From contig CAZLEV010000001.1 in NCBI GenBank assembly GCA_964558645.1, forward strand, positions 413,568 to 477,567: 64,000 nucleotides of DNA. The letters run 5' to 3'. This DNA comes from an uncultured archaeon (GTDB taxonomy: Archaea; Asgardarchaeota; Thorarchaeia; Thorarchaeales; Thorarchaeaceae). How positions within the stretch are numbered: position 1 is the stretch's first letter; every line of letters starts with the position of its first letter. A model generated the notes under the pieces. It saw only the letters and a program-made list of their open reading frames with translations. It was not told the origin of the DNA and made no database searches. A program made the position numbers and the translations under genes. Below, piece by piece: positions 50,017-58,327 of this stretch.

Positions 50017-50190
50017 CTATTCTCTACCGGTTTCAGAACGATGGAGTGACTCAATCTCTTCAAAGCGCCTTCTCATAGCATCGCGAGCGAACTCTGTGAA
50101 TGAGTCATATCCAAGAGCATATTCCTTGTTGAGCCGCTCGAACTTCTCTCTGAACTCCAAAGGAGCTTTCACAACAGCATAATCGGTCAT
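50017..50190 (-). CDS. Ribbon-helix-helix regulator (57 aa, not in the ORF track)
   Basis: MTDYAVVKAPLEFREKFERLNKEYALGYDSFTEFARDAMRRRFEEIE: beta strand, helix, GYxSxxEFxRDA helix. Confidence 0.8.
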   Translation of the reverse strand: MTDYAVVKAPLEFREKFERLNKEYALGYDSFTEFARDAMRRRFEEIESLHRSETGRE

Positions 50191-50288
50191 AAGGATACTA
50201 GTTGCATACCGAGAAATATACTCTTATGGTATCTTGTATTATCCAGCTTGGTAACTGTTATATACCCTAATGGATACTAGAAGATACC
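50191..50288. promoter_or_regulatory. Divergent promoter/operator region between two RHH genes
   Basis: TTATATAC at 50258-50265 (+) and a TATATTT-like box on (-) near 50214-50220; GGATACTAG repeated at 50193-50201 and 50272-50280; several other ATAC/GTAT half-sites. Confidence 0.65.
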
Positions 50289-50450
50289 ATGACGGTATAC
50301 AGGATTGTCAAGATTCCGGTGGCACTCGCGGACATCATTGACACAAAACTGGTCAGGAGTGCAAGCTACAGCTCTCGGACTGAATATGTGAAAGAGTGTA
50401 TCAGGAATGATCTCAGAGAGCGAGGTATTCTGGAGGAGTGGAATCAATGA
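50289..50450 (+). CDS. Ribbon-helix-helix regulator (53 aa, not in the ORF track)
   Basis: MTVYRIVKIPVALADIIDTKLVRSASYSSRTEYVKECIRNDLRERG; ATGA overlap with the next gene. Confidence 0.8.
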   Translation: MTVYRIVKIPVALADIIDTKLVRSASYSSRTEYVKECIRNDLRERGILEEWNQ

Positions 50451-50887
50451 ACGCAGATTGTAGAGCATGGGATTCTGGAGAAAGTGAACTGATGAATGCA
50501 GGTTCCGGACATCGTGAGTTCATTCCGCGCCGTGGCGGGAGAGAATACATGCATCCCTTCACGGGATTGCTGCCCATCGAAGAGGGGGTCCACTATAAGT
50601 TTCAGAGAGATCTCTCGTGGCTGTCCTTCGAGAAGGAACTACGTTTCCGACACACGGCTCTCGCAAGTTGCGCTGGGTTCATTATCAGAACCCGAGAGCC
50701 TGCATCTGATGTGATAGAGAAGGCAATCGAGCAGAAGACAGACACCTCTCCGGATTGGGCTGACCGTTCTGTGACCTTCGATATTGGAACCGTCCATCTC
50801 GCGGAAGACGTGGAGATGACAGCCACCGCCATTCGCCCCGATCTGGTTCTGCTGTTCTTACATCGGGTACGGGTCGCCTTTGACTGA
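50447..50887 (+). CDS. Hypothetical protein (mobile element)
   Basis: Translationally coupled ORF in the rightward operon. Confidence 0.65.
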   Translation: MNADCRAWDSGESELMNAGSGHREFIPRRGGREYMHPFTGLLPIEEGVHYKFQRDLSWLSFEKELRFRHTALASCAGFIIRTREPASDVIEKAIEQKTDTSPDWADRSVTFDIGTVHLAEDVEMTATAIRPDLVLLFLHRVRVAFD

Positions 50888-50900
50888 TTGGGAGGAGAAC

Positions 50901-51299
50901 ATGATGGTAGAACGGAGCGATTTGAAATCTTCACGGTTCGTGATGATTTCTCATCTACTGCGACGGTCAAGACTGCTTGAGGAAGAAGCCAAGAAGCAGA
51001 GGAAGGAATTTGAGGAGCTCTCAAAGGAACTCAGAGAGATACTACAAGGACCACAGCCTGAGAGGACAGAGCCCAGCAAAACAATACGACAGTATCTTGC
51101 ACACAAGCGTGGAGGAGGGGCAAGTAGTGTGGTCAAGTATTGCGAGTGTTGCGGTCAGGAAATCATGCCTGAATGTCAGAACTGTGGAGCGACTCTGCGT
51201 CCTGACCTTGACGACTTCGATGACCCAGAGGGAAGCTACTACTGTCCCGAGTGTGGGCACACAGTCAGCGGTTTCGAGCTGGAGCAGGAGGAGGACTAG
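50901..51299 (+). CDS. Coiled-coil plus multi-CxxC zinc-finger protein
   Basis: GGAGG RBS; CECCG, CQNCG, CPECG. Confidence 0.75.
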   Translation: MMVERSDLKSSRFVMISHLLRRSRLLEEEAKKQRKEFEELSKELREILQGPQPERTEPSKTIRQYLAHKRGGGASSVVKYCECCGQEIMPECQNCGATLRPDLDDFDDPEGSYYCPECGHTVSGFELEQEED

Positions 51300-52343
51300 A
51301 TGCAGGTACTGGTCAGGGATCAGCATACCTGCGCCGAGTGTGGATCTCCCCTCATCTCTCACCAGGGATCTCTCGTCTGTCGTGAGTGTGGCCTCGAGCA
51401 CAGTCGGGAACTGGTCCCGGGCACCTGTGAGCTCGGGGAGTCCATTGACTACGGTAATGACTACTCTGCAAGTAGGTCAATCAAGGCAAACAACGCAGCG
51501 ATCCTCATAGAAACTGATGGCCTGGGCACCTATATCTCGAGTTCAGCCAAGTCCACGTTTCGACGAGCGGATGTCCTTCGACTACAGCGGCTCAACCGAC
51601 GAGTCGTCTTGGGCAAACTGCGAGGAGAGAGAAAAGCACTACGTTTGTTGATTCGATATTGCTCTCTGTTAGACTTACCGGGGCATGTAGTCAGACGGGC
51701 TCGATATCTCTGCAAGCAAGGCATGAGAAGGTTGAGAGGGGTGGCTCGTTGTGGGGCTTGGTCGCCCAACAGGATTCTCCTCTCCTGCTGTGCAGCGATT
51801 CTCGCGACACGTGAGGCAAGAGTAGCGGTAGACCCACAGGAAATCATAGACCTCTGGGCAGATTCTTACAGAGTTCCTCCCTCTTCAGTAAGAAAGTGTT
51901 TCTTCTGGATACGGCGGCACCTGAATGTTACATACCTGCCACTTCAACCTTTGGACTTCGTTGAGAAGGTAGTCTCCAGACTCGCTTCAGATGATGATTT
52001 GAGAGAACGGTTCTCTGAGGAAGGACTGGATCTGACGCAGATTCTTCAAGAGACTCGGCGGAACCTGACCGATATCTTCAGCAGTATCAGTCCCCATGTT
52101 TACAAAGGCAGGAAGCCCTCGATAATGGTTCCATCTTGCGCCTACGTTCTTCTCAAATCGCAGTATTCATCTGTTGTGACTCAGAGAGCAGTAGCTGATG
52201 CTTGTGACGTACATATACAGACACTCCGAGAGCATTCCAAGATGTGGAGGAACTTTCTCGAGAGAGAGAATAGCCCGGTTGAAATGCCTGCAGACGATGG
52301 GATTGGAGCATTGAAGAGCACTGTGGAGAGGGATGACGAATGA
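51300..52343 (+). CDS. tfb: Divergent TFB/TFIIB-like transcription initiation factor
   Basis: Zn ribbon CAECG...VCRECG, DGLGTYI and RLQRLN linker, two cyclin-like repeats, GRKP..Y and TQRAVADACDVHIQTLRE helix-turn-helix. Confidence 0.85.
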   Translation: MQVLVRDQHTCAECGSPLISHQGSLVCRECGLEHSRELVPGTCELGESIDYGNDYSASRSIKANNAAILIETDGLGTYISSSAKSTFRRADVLRLQRLNRRVVLGKLRGERKALRLLIRYCSLLDLPGHVVRRARYLCKQGMRRLRGVARCGAWSPNRILLSCCAAILATREARVAVDPQEIIDLWADSYRVPPSSVRKCFFWIRRHLNVTYLPLQPLDFVEKVVSRLASDDDLRERFSEEGLDLTQILQETRRNLTDIFSSISPHVYKGRKPSIMVPSCAYVLLKSQYSSVVTQRAVADACDVHIQTLREHSKMWRNFLERENSPVEMPADDGIGALKSTVERDDE

Positions 52344-52738
52344 CGAGGCAACAAGAAACTCCCCGGTCTTCGTCTTCTGATTGCGACAAAGAGCCATTGA
52401 CGTCGCTTCTAGAGGATAACCACCGAGGAACAATAGTGCCACAGTGGAAGTATTGGCCGGACAAGAGCGGGAATTTGAGAAAGCTGGGTCCTTACCTCAG
52501 TCTGGTGCTGACCATCCACGTGTCGGGGGACAGATATCAGACCTGGTTCTATATCGGAAAGAGAGGGCGAGAAAGGACGCGACGCAGGCTAGAGAGGATA
52601 CTGGATGTAATGCGGGAAACTCTCTCAACCGATCCAGATGCCACAAATCACGATATCGCGCTCGCCCTTCGGGAGGTGCTTCCGTGGTCCCGACAAACAA
52701 ATGCTAGAGTTTCCAGAGGAGGTGACGGATACGAGTGA
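52340..52738 (+). CDS. Hypothetical basic protein
   Basis: ATGA overlap with tfb; GPYL...WFYIGK motif. Confidence 0.65.
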   Translation: MTRQQETPRSSSSDCDKEPLTSLLEDNHRGTIVPQWKYWPDKSGNLRKLGPYLSLVLTIHVSGDRYQTWFYIGKRGRERTRRRLERILDVMRETLSTDPDATNHDIALALREVLPWSRQTNARVSRGGDGYE

Positions 52739-52859
52739 CGAAGACAAGGGAACGGCTAAAGTAGATCGTATCGTCAATATGCTGCTGTCTCTCAGCGCAG
52801 ATGAGCTGGACCTGGCAATCGAAGAGCTCAACCGGCGCCGCAGGGTTGGGAAGAAGTAG
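52722..52859 (+). CDS. Small helical hypothetical protein
   Basis: KVDRIVNMLLSLSADELDLAIEELNRRRR; ends the coupled gene run; start uncertain. Confidence 0.45.
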   Translation: MTDTSDEDKGTAKVDRIVNMLLSLSADELDLAIEELNRRRRVGKK

Positions 52860-53028
52860 GACCCGGCCATTTCTCGCCTAATTCAACTCTTTCTGCTTAT
52901 TTCTGCATGGCACGATTTGAGCCTGTCACTTCCGAGCATTCTCAGTCCCCAATAGGCTCCCCACAATGAGCTTCCAACGTCCCTTTGGCAATTTGTTGTC
53001 TATAAATACCCTTACGAACGACATACAG

Positions 53029-53099
53029 TGTTTCCCTATCCTCCGGTGTCGGGCAACGGTATGCCGTGAACTCGGGCCGGGAATCAGAGGACGGAAACA
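53029..53099 (+). ncRNA. Candidate small hairpin RNA upstream of the replication genes
   Basis: TATAAATA at 53001-53008; nested stems TGTTTCC/GGAAACA, TCCT/AGGA, CCGGT/GCCGG, TCGGG/CTCGG, ACGG/CCGT. Confidence 0.45.
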
Positions 53100-53207
53100 G
53101 GACAACAAGAAATGTACACTTTTAACCTACTTGAAAGTGGGACTGAACGTGACAGGGCCTCCACGTTACCATCGTCAGACCCTGACCACGCGTGTCACAG
53201 TCCCAAG

Positions 53208-53561
53208 GTGAATAAAGATGTCTTCCCTAATGAAGGCAGCTGCAACACCGGTGGCATCGGCCACTGCAGTAAGATACTGTTTCTCAAGTACTCCAGGGTC
53301 TGCTTTGAGAGGCTCTACGGTCCTCTGCATCGTCTCCTGGGATTTCCCGAAGAGTTCCGACTGGACGTCGGGAATCGCATAGTGCAGGACAACTGGAAGA
53401 AGAGAGGCCTCTATATCAGTTACAGGTGGCTCAAGAGATCTCGAGGTTTCGTTGATCTGCTTGTTGTCATCACGAGGCCTGAAACAGCAGAGCGGTGGGA
53501 GAGAGTCATAGATCTCATTCCCAGAAGTCCGAGCGACGTCATCCAGGGGGTGTCCTCTTGA
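53208..53561 (+). CDS. Hypothetical protein (first gene of the replication operon)
   Basis: Stop overlaps the TTG start of the next gene; start uncertain (53112 or 53208). Confidence 0.55.
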   Translation: MNKDVFPNEGSCNTGGIGHCSKILFLKYSRVCFERLYGPLHRLLGFPEEFRLDVGNRIVQDNWKKRGLYISYRWLKRSRGFVDLLVVITRPETAERWERVIDLIPRSPSDVIQGVSS

Positions 53562-54286
53562 GTTCCAAGGATGAGTCTACGGATATCGTGGAACTTGCGC
53601 CAACACCCGTTCGCCCTCTGGTCTCGCCGGAGCAGGCTGCCAAGGAATGGCAGAAGTTCGAGGAGCTGAAGAAGCGGCTTCTCACAAAGAGCGACTATGC
53701 CACCATCAACGGCAAGCCCCACGAGTGCAAGTCTGCGTTTCGCAAGCTGGCTGTGTACTTCGGTATCTCAGATGAGATAGTGGAGCAGGTTCGGACGGAC
53801 CGCGAGGATGACTCGTTCATGTGGCGGATCGTTGTCAAAGCCACAGCACCGAACGGCCGATTCAGTACTGGAGTCGGGATCTGTGACTCACGAGAGCGAG
53901 ACTTTGCGCGTGTGGAGCATGATGTCTACAGTACAGCCCACACCCGGGCGAAGAACCGCGCGATATCCGATCTCGTAGCTGGAGGCGTGGTTTCGGCTGA
54001 GGAGATGGGTGCCGTCAGTGAGAAGTCGGCCCCAGATTCCTCTTCAGCTATAGGTAACGAGTCGCTATCCAAGGAGGATATTGCTGATGCACTCCAGGGA
54101 GCGGGGCTTGAGACTAGTATCCTTGGATTCCACGAAGAGAACGGTGTTGTCACCGTCACCGTTCAGGAGTTCATCAAGGACCGAGCAGTGTGGAACCAGT
54201 ACAACGAGGCCATGCGCGATATCGGTTATGTGTGGTCCAAGGAGAACGGGAAGGGGCACTGGCGACCGGCGGAGGTGGTCCGATGA
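53558..54286 (+). CDS. Rad52/Sak-like single-strand annealing protein
   Basis: KSAFRKLA, GRFSTGVGIC, HDVYSTAHTRAKNRAISDL, VSAEEM. Confidence 0.65.
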   Translation: MSSKDESTDIVELAPTPVRPLVSPEQAAKEWQKFEELKKRLLTKSDYATINGKPHECKSAFRKLAVYFGISDEIVEQVRTDREDDSFMWRIVVKATAPNGRFSTGVGICDSRERDFARVEHDVYSTAHTRAKNRAISDLVAGGVVSAEEMGAVSEKSAPDSSSAIGNESLSKEDIADALQGAGLETSILGFHEENGVVTVTVQEFIKDRAVWNQYNEAMRDIGYVWSKENGKGHWRPAEVVR

Positions 54287-55962
54287 CCAGGGAAGAGGAG
54301 AGATGGACCATCGAGCAACTCGAGCGAATGCCTGATATCGAGAGGTCTCAGGCGATTGTGTGCCCCCAGGTTGTGGAACGGATGATTGGAGGAGAGCGGA
54401 CCCGATTTCAGGTCTGCATTCATCCTGATGGAAAGGCTAGGGTTCTGGGAAAGACGTCCTCGGAACCGATTCCAACCCAGCCAAGCTTTGGATTCCATAA
54501 TGGAGGAGACGTACCCTGGGCCTGGTCCACCATCCACGAGAACCTGATCATGCGGTACATGGACTTCCTGTTTCTCGTGGACGAGGATGAGTACAGCATC
54601 ATCGCTCTTGGGGCCATGAGCACCTATTTCCGAGAGGTCTTCAACACCTACCCATATTTCGATTTCTTCTCGGCCGAGGTTGACTGTGGCAAGAGCACTG
54701 CCCTCAAGTGCCTGGTCTGGTCATCCTGCTACGGGGATCTCATGAACACGCCAACACCGGCGGTCATCTATCGCGATATCGAGGAGTCAAAGTGTGTTCT
54801 CGGAATTGATGAGATCGACAATGCTCTGAGTAACAAGGAGACGCGGGGGCTGCTTCTCTCGGTCTTCAATAGTGGGTATACGAAGGGCATTCCTGCGAAG
54901 AGAGTTGACCTCAATACTATGAAGGTTCAACGCTTTGACGCCTTCGGCCTCAAGGCATTCTCTCGAGTTGAGGACTTGGGCCCGCAGGCAAGAGGTCTCC
55001 TAAGCAGGAGTATTACGATCAACATGATCCGGAATCCAGCTCAGCACCGGCTGGAGGAACTGACAAGTCCTGACGTGTTTCAACCATATCGGGACCAGAT
55101 GTACAGGGCTCGTCTGGAACGGTATGAAGATGTCGCTGCAGCCTATCACTACGTTCTCGAGAATTCTGGCTTGCAGGACCGCATCCGACAGATCTTCGCT
55201 CCTCTTCTATCGATTGCCTTTCTTGTCGGTGAAGAATGCTATCATAGGACCCTGAGATTTGCCAAGAGCTACGCTCAAGACCGACAGAACAGAAGCGACG
55301 ACCCAATGATGAGGGCTCTCGTAGAGGTTCTACTGGATCCGGTCTATCTTGGCCATGAGGTGCCCACCGTCAACATCCGGGACGATCTCAACACGCGACT
55401 CCACTCCTATGGGGTCATCTCAGAGGACTATGGGCTCAGAAGTCGCCGGGTGAACAGCATGCTTGATGCCCTGGGTCTGAAACGATCTCCGAAAAGGAGC
55501 CAGAATTACGTCCATTACTTCATCAACAGAGACCGTGTGATTGCCTGGGCAACCAGGGTCTACAACATGACCATCCCCACCTCCCTTCAGGAGAATCTAT
55601 CTAACTTATCTAACCTTGAGAATGCCACAGAAGGCCCCGAAACGACGGGAGAAGGCAAAAGTGAGGTAAGTGAGGTAAGTGAGATAAAGGGGGATTTAGT
55701 GACTGATGACAAGAAACCGGAGGAAGCTCCAAGGACGTTCTCCGCCTTCCTTGAATGGATCAGAGAGATTCTGACAGAAGCACCCGAGAGCAGAATCAGT
55801 CTCGAGGAGATCCGTACTCGTTGGAATGGAGGGAATCAACGTCTCTCAGCTTGGTGGACCCAGGCAATTGAGAAGCAGTTTCTTCAAGAGGTAGAGGTGA
55901 GGGACGGAGTCCAGGTCTGTAGATGGAATGCCAAGACGTCAGGTGAGGGGGTGGTCTCCTGA
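54283..55962 (+). CDS. Replication protein: P-loop ATPase/helicase (DUF3631-associated type), no recognisable primase domain
   Basis: YPYFDFFSAEVDCGKST (Walker A), LGIDEID (Walker B), VFNSGY..G, LLSRSI; ATGA overlap with the upstream gene. Confidence 0.75.
   Translation: MTREEERWTIEQLERMPDIERSQAIVCPQVVERMIGGERTRFQVCIHPDGKARVLGKTSSEPIPTQPSFGFHNGGDVPWAWSTIHENLIMRYMDFLFLVDEDEYSIIALGAMSTYFREVFNTYPYFDFFSAEVDCGKSTALKCLVWSSCYGDLMNTPTPAVIYRDIEESKCVLGIDEIDNALSNKETRGLLLSVFNSGYTKGIPAKRVDLNTMKVQRFDAFGLKAFSRVEDLGPQARGLLSRSITINMIRNPAQHRLEELTSPDVFQPYRDQMYRARLERYEDVAAAYHYVLENSGLQDRIRQIFAPLLSIAFLVGEECYHRTLRFAKSYAQDRQNRSDDPMMRALVEVLLDPVYLGHEVPTVNIRDDLNTRLHSYGVISEDYGLRSRRVNSMLDALGLKRSPKRSQNYVHYFINRDRVIAWATRVYNMTIPTSLQENLSNLSNLENATEGPETTGEGKSEVSEVSEIKGDLVTDDKKPEEAPRTFSAFLEWIREILTEAPESRISLEEIRTRWNGGNQRLSAWWTQAIEKQFLQEVEVRDGVQVCRWNAKTSGEGVVS
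55598..55699. repeat. Intragenic iterons, putative replication origin
   Basis: TATCTAACT TATCTAACC (55598-55615), a spacer, then oppositely oriented AGTGAGGTA AGTGAGGTA AGTGAGATA (55660-55686) and GGGGATTTAG. Confidence 0.7.
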
Positions 55963-55986
55963 TGTCTGCGGCAGAGAAGAAGACTC

Positions 55987-57165
55987 TCAGGCCTCTTGTC
56001 CGGGCCGTTGCTTCAGAGCTTCTGAGACAGCTTCGGAAACTATCTCCTGAAGAGCTCCAGACTCTCTTAGGCGATCAAGAGTCCGCTGAACCGTCCGCTC
56101 CTGTTGACGAATCGCCTCCTCCTCAGTGAGTGCGAATCCACATCGGTAGCATTGCTGCTTGCCTGGGTCATTGAGTGCTCCACAGTTCGGACAGGACGTG
56201 GGTTGCGGGGTCTCAGACTCAGCTCTCTCTTCGACCCCCAGATATCGGAGCTCGGCACTTGCCTGGTCCTCCTCATCCAGGATCGCGTAGTACTTCTCCA
56301 GCATGTTTGAGTGCTTGGAGTGCCCCATCCGTCGTTTCAACTCGATAGGCTTGAGCCTGTCCTCCTTGAGAAGCCGGGTCGCTCTGGACTTTCTGAAGAG
56401 ATAGAGGTTGAGTGGTGCCTTTCCCCGTCCCTCTCCCCTTCCAAGTCTCTCCTGGTGCTGTTGCTTGAGAAGACTTGTCATGGCGTTGACCTTGAAGCGT
56501 CCTCCCCGTTGATTGATGAACAGAGGAGCACCGGGCTGATTCCTTCTCGGATGGATCGACCACCACTGGCTAAGAAACTGGTTCGCCTGGGGAGTGAGGA
56601 GTCTCACAGCCCTCTTGCTCTGTTCATTCTTGGTCTTCCTGAACTGGAGGACGAACCCATGACGGTCCTGCTCCACATCTCGGACGTCCAGGTTGCAGAC
56701 AGCTCCAGGCCTGGCGCCGGTGTCGTAGAGCACCATGTAGAAGGCTCTGGCTGCAGTGTTTCTGGTGTTGGTCGCGATGTCCATGAGCTCTTCGAAGGTG
56801 AGGATATCCTTGGGATGAATCCGGCGCTTTCTCTTGCCATGCTTGGCCTTGAGCATCTCCTTGATGTCATCGTCGAGCTCGAACCCTCGGAACTCACACC
56901 AGAGCCGGATGAACACTGACCGCATGGTGATCGTCTGAGCAGAGAGCCCACGTCTGACCATCTCGTTGATCATGCCAGGGATCTGCGGGACCGGATCATC
57001 CAGGTCCAGGTCGAAGACACTCTCCATAGAGAGGAGTTGTCGCAGGTAGTTGGTGAGTGTTGACTCGCGGAGGGTCTTGCGAGACCGTCCTCTCAACCAC
57101 TGGACGAAGGCAGGAAACTCGGGGTGCCGGTCAATGACCGACTCGAGATAAAGAGGTGCACTCAT
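55987..57165 (-). CDS. int: Tyrosine recombinase/integrase with C-terminal zinc ribbon
   Basis: DTGARPG (Arg), KTK, YLFR (HxxR variant), MGHS, LEKYY (Tyr), CPNC...CYRC; alternative start at 57201. Confidence 0.93.
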   Translation of the reverse strand: MSAPLYLESVIDRHPEFPAFVQWLRGRSRKTLRESTLTNYLRQLLSMESVFDLDLDDPVPQIPGMINEMVRRGLSAQTITMRSVFIRLWCEFRGFELDDDIKEMLKAKHGKRKRRIHPKDILTFEELMDIATNTRNTAARAFYMVLYDTGARPGAVCNLDVRDVEQDRHGFVLQFRKTKNEQSKRAVRLLTPQANQFLSQWWSIHPRRNQPGAPLFINQRGGRFKVNAMTSLLKQQHQERLGRGEGRGKAPLNLYLFRKSRATRLLKEDRLKPIELKRRMGHSKHSNMLEKYYAILDEEDQASAELRYLGVEERAESETPQPTSCPNCGALNDPGKQQCYRCGFALTEEEAIRQQERTVQRTLDRLRESGALQEIVSEAVSEALKQRPGQEA

Positions 57166-57227
57166 CGGTATCAGCCACTCTAGAGATGACTCCGGGTGCA
57201 TATTAGCCTTTCCGAATTGAACTGACA
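57166..57227 (-). repeat. Right terminal inverted motifs
   Basis: CGGTATCAGCCA (57166-57177) and ATTGAACTGACA (57216-57227). Confidence 0.75.
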
Positions 57228-57239
57228 ATTTTCTTGTGG

Positions 57240-57253
57240 ATTATGTTTGCATT
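57240..57253 (+). repeat. Putative attR core (direct repeat)
   Basis: ATTATGTTTGCATT, abutting the stop codon of the EamA gene. Confidence 0.7.
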
Positions 57254-58185
57254 CACGTTATGGGAAGCTCCGTGCCTGCTTCCTGTTCTCTGTTTCTGAT
57301 TGGGTAGTTCACAATAATGATAGCAATCGTGACACATGCAAGCCCTGCAAGAAATGTCCAATATATTACCTCGCTCAATAGCCACGCCGATAGCAGCGTA
57401 CCGAAGATTGGAACAAGGCTTAAGAAAACTCCAGAGCGCGTGGCCCCGATGTTCTTCACGGCCTCGAAGTAGAGAAGATAGCTCAGAAAAGTCACTACCG
57501 CTCCAAGAAACGCAGTGTTGATCCAGAATTCAGGAACTCGGAGAGCAGACTGCAGCCAGAAGCCTTCCGCAGACGCGGTGACGCTGAAAAGTAAGAATCC
57601 GACGAAGGATGCTCCCGCAACCAGATTCATGGAGGACATTCTCTCCATGATTCGTCTTCCTGCCACTGAATAGAGCGCCCAGATACAGGTAGCAATAATC
57701 AGGATTACGTTGCCAAGGAGGTGGTTGAAATTGAGAACTAGGAGATACTGAACTCCAACAACAATCACTATGCCTAGGAACCCTAGAATTAAGCCCGAGT
57801 ACTGCCATTTCTGCGGAAGGTGCTCGTGAAGTATGAGACCTGCGAATATTGCTATTGTGATCGGCTGGATGCCATCGATAATGGCTCCTTGGGCAGATGT
57901 TGTGTATACCAAGCCTGTCAGTTCCATGACCTCGAAGGCGAAGATTCCGAAACCACCCACAAGAATCAGCGGCTTGATATCGCTCTTCTTGAATCGCTTG
58001 TGCGCCGGCTCACCGCTAAGAGGCATGAAGATGAGGAAAGTGATACTTGCGAAAAAATACCTGAAGAGCCCCACAGTCATCGGCGATGCGAGCCCGACGG
58101 CCACATCCTTGGACACCCACGAAAAGCCCCACAGCAACATAGCCATTACCAACATGACATAGTACTTGAAATCGGGTCTTTCCAT
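57253..58185 (-). CDS. EamA/DMT-family transporter
   Basis: About 10 TM helices, LLWGFSW, duplicated EamA halves, LVPIFG..LSE. Confidence 0.9.
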   Translation of the reverse strand: MERPDFKYYVMLVMAMLLWGFSWVSKDVAVGLASPMTVGLFRYFFASITFLIFMPLSGEPAHKRFKKSDIKPLILVGGFGIFAFEVMELTGLVYTTSAQGAIIDGIQPITIAIFAGLILHEHLPQKWQYSGLILGFLGIVIVVGVQYLLVLNFNHLLGNVILIIATCIWALYSVAGRRIMERMSSMNLVAGASFVGFLLFSVTASAEGFWLQSALRVPEFWINTAFLGAVVTFLSYLLYFEAVKNIGATRSGVFLSLVPIFGTLLSAWLLSEVIYWTFLAGLACVTIAIIIVNYPIRNREQEAGTELPIT

Positions 58186-58327
58186 CTGAGTTCACAATCC
58201 GTCCCGGTTGGTCTGAGGACCCTGCAACGGAAATAAAAACACATGGATTCATCGTAAGATACTTTCTGGGGCAGTCATAACATTAGCTTTTTAGATATGA
58301 ACCCTATCTTCTAAATCTGAGGTACTC

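Larger units (their letters stand above)
46485..57253. mobile_element. Integrated capsid-less element (integrative plasmid/satellite-like), ~10.8 kb, tyrosine-recombinase type
   Basis: Direct repeat ATTATGTTTG(T/C)ATT at both ends, terminal inverted motifs, integrase, replication ATPase, annealing protein, RHH regulators. Confidence 0.85.

Noticed and set aside
56067-56951. Several ORFs overlapping the integrase, e.g. 56311-56919 (+)
   Set aside because: Antisense or alternative frames of a GC-rich gene with no recognisable motifs
46432-57260. tRNA target or SSV1-style split integrase
   Set aside because: No cloverleaf or T-loop sequence at either end, and the integrase appears intact
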